Assembly: GCA_950097015.1 (NCBI GenBank)
Contig: CATNEN010000039.1
Coordinates: forward strand, 19,592,001-19,656,000
Source: Macrostomum hystrix
Taxonomy: Eukaryota > Animalia > Platyhelminthes
Reading direction: 5' to 3'
Length of the DNA: 64,000 bases
The notes under the pieces were generated by a model that worked only from the letters and a program-made list of their open reading frames with translations, made no database searches and was not told the origin of the DNA. Both the position numbers and the translations under genes were made by a program. Each line of letters begins with the position of its first letter. The first letter of the stretch is position 1. Positions 48,773 to 64,000 of this stretch are shown in pieces.

Positions 48773-49145
48773 TCGGTCTTTGTTTCAAAGCGCTGAAATA
48801 AAGACTACAAACTGGACTGTACTGCTAGTTTGTTACGAGATTAATTTGTTAAATGCATTTCAATTCACTTCAAATACAAGCTAATTAAGCAGCGCTGGTA
48901 CTCTTGTTGCCACTTTTTCGGATTGAAAAAAGCATAAAAAATTAATCTCGATATGTTTTTTGTTAATCATTTCTTCAGTTACTGTTGGAATCTGCAGTGC
49001 GATATTTTACTTGTTTAGGACATTCACACGCCGGATTCTACCCTAGCTTTAGTGGTAGCGGTTTTTGGGGTTCAAAGTTTAGAATTTATCTAAAAATCTA
49101 AAACACTGCACATAGATGGTGTTAAGTGCTGTGAATTTGCGACTT

Positions 49146-52133
49146 TGTAAAGATTCGGTTGTTGGAAAGTTAGATTTTTATGAAAGATTTCGGTTTTTTA
49201 AGATTCATTGTTGGGAAGATTCGGTTTTATGAAGATTCATTGTTTGGAAGATTCGGTTTTGGGAAGATTCGGTTTTATGAAGATTCATTGTTGGGAAGAT
49301 TCGGTTTTATGAAGATTCGTTGTTGGGAAGATTCAGTTTTGGGAAGATTCTGTTTTAAGAAGATTCATTGTTGGGAAGAATCGGTTTTATGAAGATTCAT
49401 TGTTGGGAAGATTCGGTTTTATGAAGATTCATTGTTGGAAGATTCTGTTTTCGGAAGATTCGGTTTTATGAAGATTCATTGTTGGAAGATTCTGTTTTGG
49501 GAAGATTCGGTTTTATGAAGATTCATTGTTGGAAGATTCTGTTTTGGGAAGATTCGGTTTTATGAAGATTCATTGTTGGAAGATTCAGTTTTGGGAAGAT
49601 TCGGTTTTGGGAAGATTCAGTTTTAAGAAGATTCATTGTTGGGAAGATTCAGTTGTTGGGAAGATTCGGTTTTATGAAGATTCATTGTTGGGGAGATTCG
49701 GTTTTATGAAGATTCATTGTTGGGGAGATTCGGTTTTATGAAGATTCATTGTTGGGGAGATTCGGTTTTATGAAGATTCGTTGTTGGGAAGATTCGGTTT
49801 TATGAAGATTCGTTGTTGGGAAGATTCCGTTTTGGGAAGATTCGGTTTTATGAAGATTCATTGTTGGGGAGATTCGGTTTTATGAAGATTCATTGTTGGG
49901 GAGATTCGGTTTTATGAAGATTCATTGTTGGGGAGATTCGGTTTTATGAAGATTCGTTGTTGGGAAGATTCGGTTTTATGAAGATTCTTTGTTGGGGAGA
50001 TTCCGTTTTGGGAAGATTCGGTTTTATGAAGATTCATTGTTGGGAAGATTCAGTTTTGGGAAGATTCCGTTTTGGGAAGATTCGGTTTTATGAAGATTCA
50101 TTGTTGGGAAGATTCAGTTTTGGGAAGATTCTGTTTTATGAAGATTCATTGTTGGGAAGATTCAGTTTTGGGAAGATTCCGTTTTGGGAAGATTCGGTTT
50201 TATGAAGATTCATTGTTGGGAAGATTCAGTTTTGGGAAGATTCGGTTTTATGAAGATTCATTGTTGGGAAGATTCGGTTTTGGGAAGATTCATTGTTGGG
50301 AAGATTCGGTTTTATGAAGATTCATTGTTGGGAAGATTCGGTTTTATGAAGATTCATTGTTGGGAAGATTCGTTTTTATGAAGATTCATTGTTGGGAAGA
50401 TTCGGTTTTATGAAGATTCATTGTTGGGAAGATTTGGTTTTATGAAGATTCATTGTTGGGAAGATTCGGTTTTATGAAGATTCATTGTTGGGAAGATTCG
50501 GTTTTATGAAGATTTATTGTTGGAAAGATTCAGTTTTGGAAAGATTCGGTTTTATGAAGATTCATTGTTGGGAAGATTCGGTTTTATGAAGATTCGGTTT
50601 TGGGAAGATTCGGTTTTAAAAAGATCCATTGTTGGGAAGATTCGGTTTTATGAAGATTCGGTTTTGGGAAGATTCGGTTTTATGAAGATTCATTGTTGGG
50701 AAGATTCGGTTTTATGAAGATTCATTGTTGGGAAGATTCGGTTTTATGAAGATTCATTGTTGGGAAGATTCGGTTTTATGAAGATTTATTATTCGGAAGA
50801 TTCAGTTTTGGGAAGATTCGGTTTTATGAAGATTCATTGTTGGGAAGATTCAGTTGTTGGGATGATTCGGTTTTATGAAGATTCATTGTTGGGAAGATTC
50901 GGTTTTATGAAGATTCATTGTTGGGAAGATTTGGTTTTATGAAGATTCATTGTTGGGAAGATTCGGTTTTATGAAGATTCATTGTTGGGAAGATTCGGTT
51001 TTATGAAGATTCATTGTTGGAAAGATTCAGTTTTGGAAAGATTCGGTTTTATGAAGATTGATTGTTGGGATGATTCGGTTTTATGAAGATTCATTGTTGG
51101 GAAGATTCGGTTTTATGAAGATTCATTGTTGGGAAGATTTGGTTTTATGAAGATTCATTGTTGGGAAGATTCGGTTTTATGAAGATTCATTGTTGGGAAG
51201 ATTCGGTTTTATGAAGATTTATTATTCGGAAGATTCAGTTTTGGGAAGATTCGGTTTTATGAAGATTCATTGTTGGGAAGATTCAGTTGTTGGGATGATT
51301 CGGTTTTATGAAGATTCATTGTTGGGAAGATTCGGTTTTATGAAGATTCATTGTTGGGAAGATTTGGTTTTATGAAGATTCATTGTTGGAAGATTCAGTT
51401 TTGGGAAGATTCGGTTTTGGGAAGATTCAGTTTTAAGAAGATTCATTGTTGGGAAGATTCAGTTGTTGGGAAGATTCGGTTTTATGAAGATTCATTGTTG
51501 GGGAGATTCGGTTTTATGAAGATTCATTGTTGGGGAGATTCGGTTTTATGAAGATTCATTGTTGGGGAGATTCGGTTTTATGAAGATTCGTTGTTGGGAA
51601 GATTCGGTTTTATGAAGATTCGTTGTTGGGAAGATTCCGTTTTGGGAAGATTCGGTTTTATGAAGATTCATTGTTGGGGAGATTCGGTTTTATGAAGATT
51701 CATTGTTGGGGAGATTCGGTTTTATGAAGATTCATTGTTGGGGAGATTCGGTTTTATGAAGATTCGTTGTTGGGAAGATTCGGTTTTATGAAGATTGATT
51801 GTTGGGATGATTCGGTTTTATGAAGATTCATTGTTGGGAAGATTCGGTTTTATGAAGATTCATTGTTGGGAAGATTTGGTTTTATGAAGATTCATTGTTG
51901 GGATGATTCGGTTTTATGAAGATTCATTGTTGGGAAGATTCGGTTTTATGAAGATTCATTGTTGGGAAGATTTGGTTTTATGAAGATTCATTGTTGGGAA
52001 GATTCGGTTTTATGAAGATTCATTGTTGGGAAGATTCGGTTTTATGAAGATCCATTGTTGGGAAGATTCAGTTTTGGAAAGATTCGGTTTTAAAAAGATC
52101 CATTGTTGGGAAGATTCGGTTTTATGAAGATTC
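49146..52133. repeat. 3 kb satellite, 32 bp dimer of 16 bp subunits GAAGATTCATTGTTGG / GAAGATTCGGTTTTAT
   Basis: Continuous tandem array between WDR12 and the PLD gene. Confidence 0.97.
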
Positions 52134-52555
52134 AGTTCCTAAGACAGATCCTAACTTGATCCACTGAGTAACTGGCTAGGTGAATTAGTGTGGGTGTGTT
52201 CATTCCTGCCCTGTAAAGCAGTCTCAGCCTGTTTAATCCAGATGGCAGTTTGCCAGTTTGAAAGAATATTAGAAACTTTATAAAACGATATAAAAAGTTG
52301 ATCCGGTTTTTTTGGCCAGAGTCAACAAGGCCGTTAGCCCATCTGCCATCTGCTCTGTATTCCAATTTGTTTGCCTCAGAGCGAAAGGCGCATTTTGAAA
52401 CGAAAGAAAAACTTTTTGTAACTTATTCACACACACACACACACACACACCGGTTTAAACCACATCGGCCGTCTAGAAAGACTGCGATTATATATTTGAT
52501 TGATTGAAATGCTTCCTTGAAGCGAGACGAGGTTTTCCAAATTTCCAAATAGAAG

Positions 52556-54543
52556 ATGGCATCACGTTTTTATTTCGTCGCTGTACCAGGACAGTTGCTG
52601 CTGCTGCTGGTGCTGCTAAGCCCAGCTGATTGTGGTCGCACCAGCGATCCATTCTACATCATCACCCACATGACCAACAGTCCGCACTCACTAGACTGGT
52701 CAGTTAGGCAGGGCGCCAACGCGCTCGAAGCCGACATTAAATTCGACGGCCACGGCTGGCCGACTAAGTTTGAGCACGGCGGCTTCTGCGACTGTAGCTG
52801 TCCGCATCCCGGATCTTATCACATCTGCAGCCACTCGCTCAGGGGCTGCTCCGGCAGGGGCGCGAGCGCGGGCGCCGCTGAGCACCTGAGGCACATGGCC
52901 CGCTTGCCCGGACTCGCCCTGATCATCCTGGACGGCAAGGTGGACGCCAAGTGGGGCGACAGGTGTGTGGTTCTGTCAATATCAGCCACTATCGGTAGAA
53001 GGAACACACTTTTTCCCCGTTTGGCTTTTCAAAACGATTGGCTAAGTATTTTTGGCGATACAGAAAAAAATATTGGTATTAGAAATAACCATGTAGTCTT
53101 TCTACTGGTAATTCGGAAAAAAGACTCGAATAATAGAAAATTTCTGCGGCACAATAACAGTGTAATGCCTTCGTTATTAATATACTACGAGTATATTCGT
53201 TTATTTTCCCTTGATAACATTCCTACAGACTCGCTACTGCTGGTCGCCGCCTAGTCGAACTGGTTGAGCGCAATCTGTTTGGCAACGGCTATCGCGGCAA
53301 GGTGGTGATTTCCGCCGGTCAGATCAACTGCTTCGAGTACGTCTACGCCGCCGCCAGGGCCGCCGCCGCCACGCGACACAGCGACCAGTATTATTTCTCG
53401 TTTGATCAGGAGTCGAACAACTACCGCGGCGTAGCCGGCATGCTGTCAAGATTCACTAGGCAGCGCGTCTTCGGCACCGGCATCAGCTCCTGCATCCCAG
53501 GCAGCTACCGGTGGGGCATCCAACAGGCTGTTGACGGCGTCCGGCGCGGCGAGATGGGCATGAGCTATATTTGGACACTGGACAAGGTAAATCCGGACAG
53601 TTTGTTAAAACACGCACCATTTTTTGCTTTTATTGGTTCGCCCTGACTTAAATTTCGGTATCGACTTAGGGACTGCTACCAAACTGTATGGTATCGACTT
53701 AGGGACTGCTACCAAACTGTATGGTATCGACTAAGGGACTGCTACCAAGCTAGACGGTATCGACTTAGGGACTGCTACCAAACTGTATGGTATCGACTAA
53801 GGGACTGCTACCAAACTGTATGGTATCGACTAAGGGACTGCTACCAAGCTAGACGGTATCGACTTAGGGACTGCTACCAAACTGTATGGTATCGACTAAG
53901 GGACTGCTACCAAGCTAGACGGTATCGACTTAGGGACTGCTACCAAACTGTATGGTATGGACTAAGGGACTGCTACCAAGCTAGACGGTATCGACTTAGG
54001 GACTGCTACCAAACTGTACGGTATCGACTTAGGGACTGCTACCAAACTGTACGGTATCGACTTAGGGACTGCTACCAAACTGTACGGTATCGACTTAGGG
54101 ACTGCTACCAAGCTAGACGGTATCGACTTAGATGCTGCGAGTACATTGCTACCGTCTGCCCAAACCCATCGCCGTCTCAGGAGTCCTCGATGGATACCTA
54201 CATCAACCTTGGCGTCCATGGCATCATCACGAATCGGCCGGGCCTGCTGCTTAAGCTAGCTCGTCGTCGCGGCCTCCGACTGGCGCGTCCGGGCGACCCG
54301 ATTCCCGTTGCCAGGGTCAACGTTGAGTCACCGAACAACTGCGACTGCGACTATCACCGTGGCGGCTGCACCATCTCGTCGCCGGCGCCGCCATTCCGCG
54401 CTTGCCGCTGCCGCTACAAGGGCTTCTGGACCTGCGGCGGCTCGGTGGTCGGCTGCGACGGTCGTCAGCAGCAGTGCAGAAATCCCGACTCGTCTAGAGC
54501 CTCCTGTAGAATCGGCCGCGGCGACTGCGGCGGCTATCGTTAA
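52556..54543 (+). CDS. Secreted GDPD-like sphingomyelinase D / phospholipase D (Loxosceles dermonecrotic toxin family) with C-terminal 10-Cys domain
   Basis: Exons 52556-52962, 53229-53586, 54181-54543 in frame. Signal peptide; catalytic motifs ITHMTN (His), ALEADI (Glu/Asp), EHGGFCDCSC (His), LDGK, YIWTLDK, GIITNRP; plug RLARPGDPIP; then CDCDYHRGGC...WTCGG...GDCGGY. Confidence 0.9.
53657..54130. repeat. PLD intron 2 minisatellite, 32-33 bp unit GGTATCGACTTAGGGACTGCTACCAAACTGTAT
   Basis: About 14 copies. Confidence 0.95.
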
Positions 54544-54804
54544 GGCTACGGAGATACGGGAAGTAGAGAGCTAACAATTAGTGAAGAGAAGGCGAAGAGG
54601 TGTTTGCTCACAAGCTATTTTTAAGAGTTGATTGATAAAAATATAGAATCCGTCGGTGCTTGGCTTATTTCTGTCGAATTTGAGTTGACTTGTACGCGGC
54701 TTATTTTTGCAGAAATCTCCGTAGATCGTACCTGTACTACAAAATATAACCTTGGTGGTAAAATTCTACACTTTCGGAGAATCTCAAAGGGATATCTTTC
54801 TAAA

Positions 54805-55045
54805 AGGGAGAGTCTAAGTGGGGAAATCCTGTTACTACAAGGGAGAATCTTAGTGGGGAAATCCTGTTACTAAAAGGGAGAATCTCAGTGGGGAAATCCT
54901 GTTACTACAAGGGAGAATCTTAGTGGGGAAATCCTGCTACTACAAGGGAGAATATTAGTGGGGAAATCCTGCTACTACAAGGGAGAATCTCAGTTGGGAA
55001 ATCCTGCTACTACAAGGGAGAATCTCAGTTGGGAAATCCTGCTTC
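54805..55045. repeat. Minisatellite, ~35 bp unit GGGAGAATCTCAGTGGGGAAATCCTGTTACTACAA
   Basis: About 6-7 copies. Confidence 0.9.
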
Positions 55046-56156
55046 AACGTAGAGATAATCTCAGGGTCGAAATCTGGCCAATTCAATGCGAAATTTTAGT
55101 GGTGGAATCTTCTAGAAAAAATATGAATCTCATCGGCGAAATCTCACTGGAGAATCCCAATGTTAGTCAACTACTGGTTGCTTTATTTTGGACACTTATT
55201 AAAAACGTCACTACAATATAGTAATAAAAGAAGTTCAATAAAAGACAGGAAAATAAGTAAAGCAAAGGAAAGGCAAATTGGGAAAAGCGGTCATAGTTTG
55301 TCTTTGATTTTGATTTTTTTGATTTTGCGAGGGAAGACCAACTATAAAGCAAACTGCATAACGTAGCAATTTTGAAAGCATGAAAACAACTTAAGTAACT
55401 TTAATAAAAAAACCTTTGCCTTATTAAATTTAGGTCTTGCTAAAATAAAATACAGATCAAAACATACTAGCAACTAAATATAAAGTTTTATAGGAAAATC
55501 ATTTGGTTATTTTTCTAAGAATAAAATTCGAGCACAAGTCAGGTTATATTAAAATTAAAGTGTAGGTACAAAAGTTAAGCATAATTAGATTGATTCGGAG
55601 AAATATCACAGCACAGCTTTGATTTGTTATTGAAGCATGGAGCGAGTTTGTACAATTAACTACTTTATTAATCTTTTCGGTTTTTATACTTTAAAAGGCC
55701 ATTGACAGTTTTTAGATCAGGGCTGCATTGGATATGCAAAGAATCAGTCATTTTTTTTAATTTCACTATTGCGTGGAAAGTGGTAAAGTGATTTATAAGT
55801 GAAACTAATTTTGGATACTTATTAAAATCGCACTTGTTAAAAAAGTATACCGTTTTTTTAAATTTCTAATAAACAAAAAATAAACATTTTTTGTAATCTT
55901 TAATACAGCAGTACAAGTTCAGTCAACTTCCGATCTTCCCGTTTTCCCTTTCTGTATTTTAAATTGGCGCCAAAATTACGTACTTTATATTTTCTATGTG
56001 CCTCTTAATACAAACTTCAATTGCGAATTTAAAAGTATGCTTTAAGTTTTTTATTTCGATTTTTTAACGATATATATTTACCACAAAATATCTATCTAGA
56101 TTTCGTTATACTTTTGGCGCGAATTTAAGATTTTATATGTCCTGTATAGCAGTAGT

Positions 56157-60042
<3,886 letters not shown>

Positions 60043-60313
60043 CTAGATGGTAAAGAACTGACTAGCTACCATAAAAATCAACGTAACTCACCTGGAATGG
60101 CTTTATAATGTCTCGCTTTTTTCTTCTAATTCTTTAGTTATGGAGGAAAGGCTAGATGTGATGCTAGGCATCACTTTATTTGTGTTTAATTTAGCTAGTA
60201 TTATTTTGCATGCCTTCTAGCACTACTAATGTCACTGTACACTGAAGCCATTGCACAAGCCTGTCTTTCCTTCTCTCGTCTCGCCACCGTCCTCAGACCA
60301 GTGTAGCGCAGCT

Positions 60314-60326
60314 GTTGCTAGGCGAC
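60314..60326 (-). promoter_or_regulatory. RFX X-box-like site GTCGCCTAGCAAC
   Basis: Matches the X-box consensus GTNRCC-N0-3-RGYAAC just upstream of the ZNF474-like 5' exon. Confidence 0.55.
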
Positions 60327-60849
60327 TGTGAACTAGGAATAGCTCAGTGTTTTTTCATTATCTACTTATAGTGTACTCAGAAATATTTCTTTCTTTCCCT
60401 CTGCCCCTGAGCCAGCAGTACGGCTTAGCGAATGTGAAAGCGCGTGCCAATGGGACGGGCTATAGTACAGGCACTGACAGCTAACTTATTGTGTAGCAGC
60501 TATTTAGCACAATGGAGCTATTGTGCCAGGGGTCGTGTCCCAAAGAGAACTCATATTAATAGTGGATAAAAAACAATAATATTTATTTTGTTATTATGTC
60601 ACTATTTACGCTTCTGTATCGAAAAAATTGTGCGAATTTAAAAGCTCGTCAGGAAACAAAGTAGAAACCAATCTAAAAATAACCTGATTCAGATGAATTT
60701 AGCTGTTTACTACTCATGACAGATCTCATTGCCTGCTTCTGTAACTATGTTTTTATTTACTTCGCTTGATAATAGTGCTAAATAGTTTGGTGTCACATAA
60801 AACTCTGGCGTTTGCTTCTCGCACAATGGTCCCTGAGTTTGATTCCGAG

Positions 60850-61397
60850 ATCACCTGTTAGACAGATTATCACCTGTTAGACAGATTATCACCTGTTAGA
60901 CAGATTATCACCTGTTAGACAGATTATCACCTGTTAGACAGATTATCACCTGTGAGACAGATTATTACCTGTTAGACAGATTATCACATGTTAGATAAAG
61001 ATAATCGCCTGTTAGACAGGGATTATCACCTGTTAGACAGATTATCACCTGTTAGACAGGGATTATCACCTGCTAGACAGGAATTATCACCTGTTAGACA
61101 GAGATTATCACCTATTAGACAGATTATCACCTGTTAGACAGATTATCACCTGTGAGACAGATTATTACCTGTTAGACAGATTATCACCTGTTAGATAAAG
61201 ATAATCGCCTGTTAGACAGGGATTATCACCTGTTAGACAGATTATCACCTGTTAGACAGGGATTATCACCTGCTAGACAGGGATTATCACCTGTTAGACA
61301 GAGATTACCACCTATTAGACAGATTATCACCTGTTAGACAGATTATCACCTGTTAGATAAAGATAATCGCCTGTTAGACAGGGATTACCACCTGTTG
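60850..61397. repeat. Minisatellite, 19-21 bp unit TCACCTGTTAGACAGATTA, starting directly after a SINE-A head fragment (60806-60849)
   Basis: About 27 copies. Confidence 0.93.
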
Positions 61398-61794
61398 GAA
61401 AGAGATTCATCAGTGCCAACATGTTAAAATATTGAAGACATTTATAAACGCCTTTATGATTTCAATTCGCACAGGTTGATTTTATTTGTTTTTTGCAGAG
61501 ATAGAGAACAAATAAAGCCAGTGTTTACTAACATTAATAAACCTTTGATTGATAAAAAACTTTATACTACTGCAAAACACTCATTCGCTAATAGTAGTGT
61601 CAATTTCCAATAGATATTTCAAATAAAACGATTGAAATTTACAGATGCGCTGGAGTGCTGCATTCACTAAGTTCTGGGAAATTTTCGGTAAAGAATACAC
61701 AAACTATCACACAGTAATTTTTCTTATGAGGGTCGCCAAATCTGCACCAATTTTCATTCCGATCTAACAGAATAATTACTTAGTAACAATTATG

Positions 61795-61808
61795 GTTGCC
61801 ATAGCAAC
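61795..61808. promoter_or_regulatory. Near-perfect RFX X-box GTTGCCATAGCAAC
   Basis: 14 bp near-palindrome matching the canonical X-box. Confidence 0.6.
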
Positions 61809-62849
61809 ATAGTCGATGACGCAAAATATCGACCATAAAAGAGAAAAAAACTGCATGGTCTACTCAATCGGGTAGTGGGGTTCAAGACTACGGCGCATCT
61901 GAGGAATCAAAGTTACGCATATGACATGATGTAACAAAGGTGAAAAACTCTGAGACCAGCTCGTTATCAAACAGGCAGCTTTGACGAGTATAGTTTAATG
62001 CTGACAAAAAATATAAGCGACTTTTATGATTGAAACTTGTGTGTTAAATGAATTTCAAGTTCTTTGGTAAGTTTGCTATAAATCTCATAAATAGCGGATT
62101 GTATTTATCTTAGGGTTAGGCAACAAGCTATAGGTACTAGAAAATAATAAACAAGTTTTATGATGGTCCAACAATAATAGCCTAATAAATGACAGAAGCA
62201 AATAAAAACAAACTTAAAGTTTCAAAAAGAGAAGCACTAAACCTGCTGTTTGAAAATGTGTACGAAACAGTTCTATAGGGCAAAGCGATAAAAATTAACA
62301 AATAGTTTACGGGTTTAACATGCAACTTTTAAATTGTTAAAAATGTTTAGATGAATGGCAACATCAAAGAGATACATGAACATGTCGTAAAAGGAGCGAA
62401 CAAAAATGTAATTAGATATATATTAAAACTCTCTTTGATTTGGTTGCCCGACCACAAAAATATATTAGTTTACGGGTTTTTCGCGAAAAACGCAATTATT
62501 TTAGTTTGTTATAATGAGTTTAATTCGCCTTAAAGTTGGTGGACTGCTCAAGTAGCTAAATCCGTGCTAAAGAAATCAGTACCACTAAAAGTAGTTTTAG
62601 TAGACAGAAGCTCAGCTTCATATTGTGAGCGTAACAATAGGCACAATGTTAATGGTGGACAGCGAATCAACGTCACAATGGATAGAGCACGTTTGTTGCA
62701 TGCATTTCAATAATATTTTTTTAGCTAACAATATTGGGTATTTAAAGCAAATAAAAAGCATAGAGTGTAAAGCAGCGAATCGCAATTCACACATTTTTTG
62801 GAGTTTTTACGCAACAAATTGATGTACTCGTATCTGGCGTACTCTCAAA

Positions 62850-64000
62850 TCAAACCCAACTGTCGGCAATCGGCTGCTGCTGCTGGCTGTGCTTCGCAGT
62901 GGTGGTCTTAGTGGTTGTGCTTGTTGTGCTGTAGCCATAGTTACGCTCGCCTCGGTTAATCTGGGCGTACTGCGGCTCAGAGGCCGTTGTTCGCAACTCC
63001 AGAGTGTTGGCCTGCGAGGTCAGGACGATGATGAAGTAAGGCTTTTGTTTTAATTTTTCAGTTCGTCATACTTAATATTTATTCATTAATTCTTACGAGA
63101 CCCTAAATACCGGAAAATCTTAATATGATGACGAAAAACATGTAATTGAATGAAGCTGTATGCCTAGAAGATCATTTGTCAAGACGATTGGAAAAAAGAA
63201 CCATCAGGCAGGACCCGCAGCCAGCGAGGAGGCATTCCGCTGACTCCTGAGCACACGCTCACACAGGTATGTACATCTGCCCCGACTTTCTCACGTCAGG
63301 CAGTGTACACTTTCACTGTGCCTTGGAGGTTGAATTGCACGGCAAGCCCCCAAGCCTTCTCTCCGCGGCTGCGCCCTAAATGAATGTGGCCTCGCCGCGG
63401 AATCGAGCTCAAGGAACTTGGCGTGAGTGGCCGACGCATTTGCCGCCAAGCAAGTCAAAGTAAGCAAACCTGGAATCCGGCATTGTCGTAGGCTTCGTCG
63501 CCACGAGGTCCTGTCACTCTGATGTTGATGCCGGCTCCACCGCCAGCTGAAGCTGAAGCGGTGGCTGACGAGGAGCTCTGCTGCTGCTGGCTAGTCGTCT
63601 TCTGCCCGGCGGGCGCCGAAGCCGTTGCAGAAGCGCCAGCGGTCTTCTGTTTCTGGCCCTGCTGCTTTTGCAACTGCTGCTGATTGGACTTGTGGGGACC
63701 GCTCCAGCTGAACTCGTCTCGCAAGCGATTTCTAAACGGAATTGGGCGTAAGCTGGAAACTTTATGTAGCTGGGAAAACGGGAAAATGGAAACTATGGGA
63801 AGCTGGGAACTATGGTAAAATGGAAACTATATTAATTATTGGAAACAAAGTGGGAAGCTGGAAGCAATGTTAATCTATAAAATAAATTTAGGAAGCTGAA
63901 AAGTATCTGTAAAAAACTCTTGTCCTAAGCTCACTTGTTGGCGGCGCCCTCTCCGCAGGTGGCAAGGAAAGCGAGCAGGGCGTCAGCGTAGCGGACCACG
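62850..64000 (-). CDS. 3' exons of a probable p120/delta-catenin-family protein ending in the PDZ ligand DSWV (partial)
   Basis: Exons >64000-63935, 63731-63470, 63011-62850 join in frame: VVRYADALLAFLATCGEGAANKNRLRDEFSWSGPHK...EPQYAQINR...PIADSWV-stop. DSWV is the C-terminus of delta-catenin, ARVCF and p0071. Confidence 0.5.
63210..63447 (-). mobile_element. SINE family A copy with internal deletions
   Basis: Reverse complement of the family consensus. Confidence 0.85.

Overview
This is eukaryotic (metazoan) genomic DNA: GT-AG intron-split genes with GC/CpG-rich exons, many 16-35 bp minisatellites and tRNA-derived SINEs. The style suggests a free-living flatworm such as Macrostomum, but that is inference only. 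Genes reconstructed by hand: the last exon of a tail-anchored protein (+), an AF10/MLLT10-like PZP + OM-LZ protein (+), an ELMOD ARF-GAP (-), strawberry notch/SBNO (-, 9 exons), an orphan 5-exon gene (-), two tandem GPI-anchored Ly6/uPAR three-finger genes absent from the ORF track (-), WDR12/Ytm1 (+), a secreted sphingomyelinase D/phospholipase D toxin-like gene with a Cys-rich tail (+), a ZNF474-like C2HC zinc-finger gene with two upstream RFX X-boxes (-), and the 3' end of a probable delta-catenin/p120-family gene (-). Mobile DNA: many copies of one SINE family, a second SINE, a LINE lacking its RT core, two LTR-like copies and a palindromic MITE-like element. The most notable signals are (1) sharply bounded, nearly CpG-free, TAGGCCTA-rich domains at the 5' ends of the two housekeeping genes, containing a SINE copy whose CpGs have decayed; (2) the rapidly diverging 8-Cys Ly6 pair; (3) the PLD toxin-like gene; (4) a different minisatellite in every SBNO intron; and (5) two retro-insertions at the same spot in the SINE tRNA head.
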